Source: a virus (Duplodnaviria > Caudoviricetes). From it: 64,000 nt of DNA. The notes under the pieces were generated by a model. It ran no database searches, was not told where the DNA came from, and saw only the letters and a list, made by a program, of their open reading frames with translations. Of the stretch, positions 57,918 to 64,000 are shown piece by piece. The position numbers and the translations under genes were made by a program. Within the stretch, counting starts at the first letter, position 1. Every line of letters starts with the position of its first letter. Location of the stretch: IMG/VR virus record IMGVR_UViG_3300047272_000250, positions 32,001 through 96,000 of that record. One strand, written 5' to 3'.

Positions 57918-58171
57918 TGAATAACTGTGATCAATGCTTCTATGGCACTTACACTTACTATAATGGTATGGATGAGAAACAAGAAATAGATTGTCCCTTC
58001 TGTGCTACCCGTGTTCCTAGTAATTGGAGACGTATGACAGAAGATCAAAAATCAACTTGGTTGAAATTAATTCCCAATCCAGATAAATAGCTGGTGCGGT
58101 TCCAGTCGCTGTCAATTTGTCGACATTAAGTACGATTTGTAAAATCCCCCAGAATCCTGTAGTATTAAGAC

Positions 58172-58363
58172 ATGACTGAAACTACCATGGAATATGTATT
58201 AAAAGTTGAAGATAGATGTGACAAGTGTCAGGCTCAGGCATTATACTTATGTAAGGGTGTATCTGGAGAGCTGATGTTTTGCCGCCACCACTTTAATGAA
58301 AACCAGGAATCACTAACCAATTGGGCTTACGAGATCGTAGACGAGTCCCAAAAAATATCCTAA
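58172..58363 (+). CDS. Small Zn-binding protein of an actinobacterial family
   Basis: DRCDKC.AQA...GELMFC.HH; leaderless. Confidence 0.75.
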   Translation: MTETTMEYVLKVEDRCDKCQAQALYLCKGVSGELMFCRHHFNENQESLTNWAYEIVDESQKIS

Positions 58364-58445
58364 ATAATTCCTATTTGGAATTGACAAATGCCCTGAGAAT
58401 CAGGGATAATTAATATATCGGAAAACATATGGTGGGAGGTGTAAT

Positions 58446-58568
58446 ATGACAAAGCGTGAATATCTAGTATCTCTTGGACAAACTGTTGGTAAGCGAGGAC
58501 GTTTCTCTAAGGAGCAAGTAGAACTTCTGAAGCAAGCAGAAGCCAAAGGTCAATCCTTTACAAAGTAA
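58446..58568 (+). CDS. 40-aa Lsr2 DNA-binding-domain-like peptide
   Basis: MTKREYLVSLGQTVGKRGRFSKEQVELLKQA; GGAGGT RBS; TTGACA-N18-GATAAT promoter; downstream hairpin. Confidence 0.7.
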   Translation: MTKREYLVSLGQTVGKRGRFSKEQVELLKQAEAKGQSFTK

Positions 58569-58634
58569 TTAAAAGGGAGGGGAGTTAAATCCCCTCCCAC
58601 TAAATCCCTATAAGCACTCACAGAAGGAAGAACA

Positions 58635-59402
58635 ATGCCAAATTGGGTATACAACACATTAACAATTCAAGGTCCTAAGTCTGAGATTGATGCAATCAAA
58701 GATAGATTAAATAAGCCTTTTACACTGGCTCAAGAAACATACGGAATGGGTGACATTAGTTCATCAGGATTCCCGACCAAACTTACACAGGTTAGTTATT
58801 CTAATCCTGTCTTTGCATTCTTCAACATCCACTCATATAAGGATGAAGGTATTACTGACGAAGAGTATGCCTGTCAGCCAAAGCGTGATGGTGTAGATAT
58901 GAAGGACCCTAATTGGTTTGCTAAGTCTGTTGAGTTTGCTAAAACTCAGAAGGATTGGTATTCATGGAATAATTCTAATTGGGGCACTAAATGGGATGTA
59001 GCAGTTCGTGATGAGGACGAGTATCCCAATACAGAACTAATTGAACATAAGTCAGAGGGCGAAGACCAATGGCTTGTCTACAAGTATGAAACTGCTTGGT
59101 CACCTGCCGTAACAATCTTAACTAAACTATCTAACTTAGTTCCTAACTCCGTGCTCACATTAGAGTATGAGGAGGAAACAGGTTGGGGAGGCGAGTATGA
59201 GATTATCCGTGGTGAAGTCAGAGAACTCATGGAGTATGAGAATCGTTGCTATGCCTGCCAATCTTTTGACTGTGTAGAGTATTGCGAGAACGACTGTGGT
59301 GAGTTCTGCTCTAACTGTAATCAGGGCTCATGGCAGGACGAAAGTGCTATGGCAGAATGCGAAGAGCACAAGGTCTTACTCAAAGAGGAGGTGGAGGCAT
59401 GA
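58635..59402 (+). CDS. DUF1281/YubB ferredoxin-like family protein
   Basis: MPNW..N.L.I.G, DWYSWN..NWGTKW, YETAWSP and Y.EE motifs. Confidence 0.82.
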   Translation: MPNWVYNTLTIQGPKSEIDAIKDRLNKPFTLAQETYGMGDISSSGFPTKLTQVSYSNPVFAFFNIHSYKDEGITDEEYACQPKRDGVDMKDPNWFAKSVEFAKTQKDWYSWNNSNWGTKWDVAVRDEDEYPNTELIEHKSEGEDQWLVYKYETAWSPAVTILTKLSNLVPNSVLTLEYEEETGWGGEYEIIRGEVRELMEYENRCYACQSFDCVEYCENDCGEFCSNCNQGSWQDESAMAECEEHKVLLKEEVEA

Positions 59403-60058
59403 AAAACAAATCATGGACAAAGTACACCTTTGCCTGTGATCCTGAAGAATGTGATACTTTAATTGAAGTAACATGTGATGACTATGGATTCCCACTAGGT
59501 GTGATGCAAATCACATGTCCGTGTGGGCGCAAGCTTGACATCTTGTCAGTGGCCAATGCTACAATTGAATCAACTACTACAGAAGGAAACCATATGGAAA
59601 CAACATCAACAATCGGCTCAGATGCATTGCACTCACCTGCAGTGGAGTACAACCCTAATCAATTAGTTACATATAAGGTCCTAAGTGGATACTCAGACCC
59701 TGAGTATAAAACGGACAAGGTAACATCCCTGGAATGGGACCTGCACAACGGACGTCAGTCACAAAAGCGTGTGGGCCTACTAGAATCAAACATTAATTCA
59801 GTTAAAGAAATCATTACTGAATCATATGCTGAGTCAGAAGACCAAGAAACTTTGCGTTCAATCGCAGAGGCTTTGGGCATTGAACTAACCCGTACAATCG
59901 AATGGAGCGCTACAATTGAGGTTAGCGGTACCATGGAAGTAGACCTCCTAGAGGACGTCGACATCGAGCAGGAAATCTATGACAATCTTTACGTAGATTC
60001 TCAGAATGGCAATATCGAAATCGGGGACACCGAAGTTTGTAACGCACACGAGTGCTAA
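59399..60058 (+). CDS. Hypothetical protein (Zn-ribbon N-terminus; probable internal start at 59594)
   Basis: GGAGG RBS before MKNKSW; second promoter and AGAAGGA RBS before METTST. Confidence 0.65.
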   Translation: MKNKSWTKYTFACDPEECDTLIEVTCDDYGFPLGVMQITCPCGRKLDILSVANATIESTTTEGNHMETTSTIGSDALHSPAVEYNPNQLVTYKVLSGYSDPEYKTDKVTSLEWDLHNGRQSQKRVGLLESNINSVKEIITESYAESEDQETLRSIAEALGIELTRTIEWSATIEVSGTMEVDLLEDVDIEQEIYDNLYVDSQNGNIEIGDTEVCNAHEC

Positions 60059-60137
60059 TCTAACATAGGGAGAGGTGGGGGGTTCTTGCCAGCCCCCCAC
60101 CCAATATGATATTATCAAATAGACGAAAGGTGTGTGT

Positions 60138-60437
60138 ATGGCTATCGGAGATAAGGATATTGACGAAAGCAAGTTAGCAGGACTAATCGAAGATAGTCTT
60201 TCAGATGTGCGTTTTGACAAGATGAACTTTGCTTGGCATATGGGAAATAAATCTCCTCGTATCCAAAGAGAGTTTTGGGAATTGACTTATGCGTTTATTC
60301 AGGAAATGGCAGATTACTACAAGCGAGGCTTGGTAGATACTAAGCACTTAGCCGTAGCCCAAATGTGCTATGAAGTCAAGACCTTTATGGAAGGCGACTA
60401 TGACAAAGACCAACTAGCCCTTGATTTAGGGCTCTAG
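60138..60437 (+). CDS. Hypothetical protein
   Basis: GAAAGGT RBS; likely start MAIGDK. Confidence 0.7.
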   Translation: MAIGDKDIDESKLAGLIEDSLSDVRFDKMNFAWHMGNKSPRIQREFWELTYAFIQEMADYYKRGLVDTKHLAVAQMCYEVKTFMEGDYDKDQLALDLGL

Positions 60438-60491
60438 GCAGCTCAGGTGATCGAGTTGACGGGTGTCAGTGGGACAGGCTATACTTAATAT

Positions 60492-60710
60492 ATGGAAATC
60501 TACGAAGAATACCCAGAAGGCGCTAGTGGAGAACGTTGGTCTGACCTATGTGAATACATAGAGGCAGTAACCAAAGAAGGCTCTACTATAAAAGAAATCA
60601 TTGCTGAGAACCTACCTGAAATGCAGGGCAAGGACTACTCTCAACCTTTATCGTTTGATAACGACGAAGTTTGGGCTATACTAAAATGGTTAAATAGAGA
60701 CGGAGAATAG
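60492..60710 (+). CDS. Hypothetical protein (leaderless)
   Basis: ATG 7 nt after the TATACT of the promoter at 60464. Confidence 0.7.
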   Translation: MEIYEEYPEGASGERWSDLCEYIEAVTKEGSTIKEIIAENLPEMQGKDYSQPLSFDNDEVWAILKWLNRDGE

Positions 60711-60711
60711 T

Positions 60712-61062
60712 GTGGGAGCAAGAACTAATTTCGTAATTAAGACAACCGAGAATGAGAATGAGAACATAGTTCTTTATTCACATTGGGGTGGGGATAGCGG
60801 CGTACAGGATTTTGCGTGGGCTATTCAAAAGGCAATGCCACGTTATGGTGATACATCATACTTCACACGTATCTTAGTTTCATCATTGATTAACGACCAA
60901 TGGGATTCAGAAACGGGATTCGGTTTATATGTTGGACCCGTTACTCACGAAGAATCATACGAGTATAAAGAAATAGATTTAGTTAATGGTACTGTAACAA
61001 TTGGCGACCATACTACATCAATCAAAGCATTCCTTGAATATCATCAAGGAGCTAGTGTCTAA
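60712..61062 (+). CDS. Conserved phage hypothetical protein
   Basis: MGAR...LYSHWGG...D.SY..RI motif. Confidence 0.75.
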   Translation: MGARTNFVIKTTENENENIVLYSHWGGDSGVQDFAWAIQKAMPRYGDTSYFTRILVSSLINDQWDSETGFGLYVGPVTHEESYEYKEIDLVNGTVTIGDHTTSIKAFLEYHQGASV

Positions 61063-61078
61063 TTAAATAGACAACCCT

Positions 61079-61104
61079 TATCCCTGGACCTTCTGCCAGG
61101 GATA
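61079..61104 (+). terminator. Hairpin ending the early region
   Basis: TATCCCTGG/CCAGGGATA stem; no U-tract. Confidence 0.45.
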
Positions 61105-62389
61105 GGCGGGGTGAATCGCAAATAAAAATTACCCATTACGACGATGATCATAAATTCCCAGAATTTCCTTGACATTCATTATAGCTATAGGTATAATCCA
61201 TAGATCTATGTCGCAATATATCTAATTAGACATTACGACGAATGCAATAAATTCCCAGAATTTCTGGATAATTGCATAATGTCTACAAGGTTATGTAGAC
61301 TTATATATTATCCTTTCTTCTGTGTTCTATTAACTCTCTTTACAGGAATAGACTTCTTATTCTTTCCCGCCTTCTGATCTCTTTTAAATTTACTATTCTG
61401 AGCTGGCCCACGGCCAGCGGCGGAATCAGAAGTAACTACATTATTACTCATATATAAACCTCCCTATATACATAGTATATAACACTTGTAGAAATATATC
61501 CATATTTTGTACATATTTAGATCAATATTAATATAAATATACATTATTATGATAGATTTATCTAACTTTATGATCAATTTTGTACCAATTTTGCCCTATT
61601 TTTATAGGGTTTTATAGCCAAATATATCTCATATATTGAGATATATTTGGCTAATTATTGACAAGATCGATATGTCCATTATGTCCGATATGAGATATAT
61701 CATCATATGAGATTATATGGAAAAGTATTGACATTACGATCCCTTTATGATAGGCGTTCAAATACCCATATATAATAACTATATACAACTAATACTGAAT
61801 ATATCATAATGTGCCCTGTATATGGGAATATTCACCACTTTACTCCACTATACTCCACATAGCCTAAAAAGCCTTACAAGGCTGATACAAGGCAGAAAAG
61901 GGAGGGGATAAGGAACTTTCCCTTGAAGCTATATCCTTGGCCTTAAAAGGCCTTATTGATAGCCGTAAGCTAAATCCTCTATATGATCAATAAAGGCATT
62001 ACGTCTTATAATTAATATATATGTTATATGTAGTATATCTACTCTATAGATAAGGGCTATCTTCGATCTTCCCGCCCGAAATTTAAATTTATGTCTCGTA
62101 TTCAGATCGAGCTTACGAATTGTTATTCGGCGATATCCGTATTTCATTGAGTGCACCATATTGAGTAGTCGCTCATAGTCTGGTGATTATCCCAGTAATC
62201 GATATTATTTTTAGATATCCCGCATTTTTGGCAAGTTTCCCATGTGTCATGGATTGGGGTCTCACTTTTCGGCTTCACTTAGTCGCTCCTTATAAGGTGT
62301 TATAGGGTATATATTTAATTGATCTTAAGGTGTTATAAGACCTTATTCCCATTCTATATTATTAATAGATAGCCAGTCAAGATAATAAA

Positions 62390-62581
62390 CTACCATTCTA
62401 TTTCCTTAATAATTGCTAGAATAGTTGGACATGGAAATCCATGCTGACATGCAGCACAGCTATTATTGGTAAAGGAGCTCTCTGTAGAAGGCTTATGAAG
62501 CTTTACTACAGCCTTAAGAGCAAAGTGTGTAGTTGTATCTCCTAGGGTATTAATCTTATCTAGTAATTGATCATATGTCAT
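62390..62581 (-). CDS. Small Zn-binding hypothetical protein
   Basis: LH.P...CxxC...FPC.T motif. Confidence 0.7.
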   Translation of the reverse strand: MTYDQLLDKINTLGDTTTHFALKAVVKLHKPSTESSFTNNSCAACQHGFPCPTILAIIKEIEW

Positions 62582-62887
62582 TTCAGGTGCCTTTCAATAA
62601 TCTTAAATGTCTCTATCTTGTTATACTTTTCATCAGTAAAATCCCAGTCATTGGGTCTAGTATATTCAACTACTGCAATAAGGGCTTTAAGCAATGGTTC
62701 TGGCTCCATCCAATTCCAGTGTCCAATCTTATCTATCATCTCATCGTGTGTCACCACTCAGCTCCAATCCAAAATGGACCCAAGTCAATACTCATAGTCC
62801 ATCGATCTATATGAAATCCAATTCCAAATGCCGTAAATCTACATCCAAACAATATAGTAAATTTACTATTGCTGTATTGCTTAACCA

Positions 62888-63094
62888 TTAGTAGCCTCCT
62901 AGGCATTCGTTCCTAGTATGATAAAGTCTAATCTTATTCATGGTCTTCTTATTAGGAGCATATAGTTCTTCTCCACAGCATGGTGCTTTTAGATACCATT
63001 CCTTAGCAAAGAAGTCATATTTAAACCCGCTCTGATTCTTATACTTCTCCGCCACAAATTCAGCAAATGGATCAGGTATCTCTAGGTTAATCAT
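62888..63094 (-). CDS. Hypothetical protein
   Basis: CCG...H...C motif. Confidence 0.65.
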   Translation of the reverse strand: MINLEIPDPFAEFVAEKYKNQSGFKYDFFAKEWYLKAPCCGEELYAPNKKTMNKIRLYHTRNECLGGY

Positions 63095-63396
63095 TCTGAG
63101 CCTTCCATGCCTGAGCTAATAGGGCTTTGGCTAGCTTACTGTATTGTCTCATCTGATAATGATCCGCATCCTTGGCTTTATTCTTCCTGCGCTTCATCTG
63201 CTTACTGTGTCTTTTTTGGCTCATCTTTTTCCCATGTTAGTTTGCCGTCTTTATATACTGGCCAATATCCTAATGACCGCCAGTCCATACGCATTATCTT
63301 TGGCTCGCTCATTTATGTTCCTTCATATGTCTAGCAAGGCTATCGTGTCCGAATATGCCCCATCGAAGGTCCCACTCTTTACCGCAAGTTGGGCAT

Positions 63397-63885
63397 TTAA
63401 TTAATCTGCTCATCTTCTCGCTCCATGTCCATACGTATATCATCAATCTCAAATAATGAGATTTGACTAGAAGGATCTATATTCCCACCTATATATCTTA
63501 TCTCATTGATGAGCTTGAAGTCAATAGCTGTCTGAAGCATTTGCTCTGAATATGAGCCTGGCTCTGGTTCTGCTGAGAAATAAACTACATAATAAATATC
63601 TGGATATCTACATTTAATTAAGGCAGCATTTGCTATAGCCTTCTTTACGTTATCTGTTCTTTTAGCTCCTGGACGTTTTCCATTCCCGTCCTTACCGCCC
63701 TTAGCTTCCACATATTCCATGCTATCAGCTACAAAGTCGACTTCGCATCCCGTCCCTGGCATGAGGACATTCTCTGCGATCATGCGGAAGCCACGATTTC
63801 TTAAATCGTACTTTACGATAGACTCGAAAATATCGCCTGATCTTTTGGACTCACCCTGGAATGTCATTACCTGATGCCTTATCAA
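63397..63885 (-). CDS. PD-(D/E)xK restriction-endonuclease-like protein
   Basis: G..FE..V...L...GF...EVDFV....VEAKGG. Confidence 0.75.
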   Translation of the reverse strand: MIRHQVMTFQGESKRSGDIFESIVKYDLRNRGFRMIAENVLMPGTGCEVDFVADSMEYVEAKGGKDGNGKRPGAKRTDNVKKAIANAALIKCRYPDIYYVVYFSAEPEPGSYSEQMLQTAIDFKLINEIRYIGGNIDPSSQISLFEIDDIRMDMEREDEQIN

Positions 63886-64000
63886 TACTATTTAATGTAT
63901 CTTTATCTTGTGTTTGATTATCTAAGATTCGGTATAAATTGGCACAGGTTTTACATCCATAAAAGCTTACGCCTTTCTGAGTAATTAATTGGAGATCTTT

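Larger units (their letters stand above)
48702..60485 (+). promoter_or_regulatory. Family of 14 early promoters TGTCA(G/C)-N10-TANNNT (RecA-NDp/PafBC-type)
   Basis: Starts at 48702, 49979, 50874, 51127, 52076, 52191, 53202, 54206, 54430, 55347 (TGTCAC), 56547, 57292, 59544 and 60464; the spacer is always 10 nt. Confidence 0.88.

Noticed and set aside
60086-60115. 15th TGTCAG-type promoter
   Set aside because: It reads TGCCAG with the wrong spacing and is better explained as a TTGCCA -35 promoter overlapping a hairpin.
48600-61300. CRISPR array or mini-array in the repeated early spacers
   Set aside because: The repeats are short degenerate motifs at irregular spacing, separated by genes; there is no constant repeat-spacer period and no cas genes.
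61953-63404. Track ORFs 61953-62159 and the plus-strand ORFs 62567-63404
   Set aside because: No RBS, atypical composition, or antisense to more plausible minus-strand small genes.
1-64000. Stop-codon reassignment or introns/inteins in core genes
   Set aside because: Genes translate to expected lengths in the standard code; NrdJ, portal and capsid are uninterrupted.

Overview
A 64-kb segment of a tailed dsDNA phage with siphovirus-type genes (HK97-fold capsid, long tape measure). The host is almost certainly an actinobacterium, based on WhiB, an Lsr2-like peptide, actinobacterial LexA/ArgR/PafBC-type motifs and many leaderless genes. The AT-rich DNA suggests a low-GC, probably freshwater host (inference). 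Layout: (1) 1-18.1 kb, minus strand: tail and head genes. (2) 18.2-40.8 kb, minus strand: an unusually large array of fibre/adhesin/decoration genes with paralogous cassettes and an inserted flavin-dependent halogenase island. (3) 40.9-48.5 kb: class II RNR, glycosyltransferase, lytic transglycosylase, CHAP endolysin and holin, Hsp20, thermonuclease, tRNA-Ile(UAU) and candidate ncRNAs. (4) 48.6-61.1 kb, plus strand: an early/host-takeover region of many tiny ORFs. (5) An AT-rich, mostly non-coding stretch and a few minus-strand ORFs. The main discovery is in region 4. Fourteen promoters share the architecture TGTCA(G/C)-N10-TANNNT, matching the actinobacterial RecA-independent DNA-damage (RecA-NDp/PafBC) promoter. 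The spacers upstream of them are mosaics of recognisable host master-regulator sites: helically phased CRP boxes, DnaA boxes, a LexA box, tandem ARG boxes, WhiA-like GACAC boxes and MarR-like palindromes. The region also holds a structured RNA with an exposed anti-Shine-Dalgarno loop. All assignments come from reading the sequence; no searches were run.
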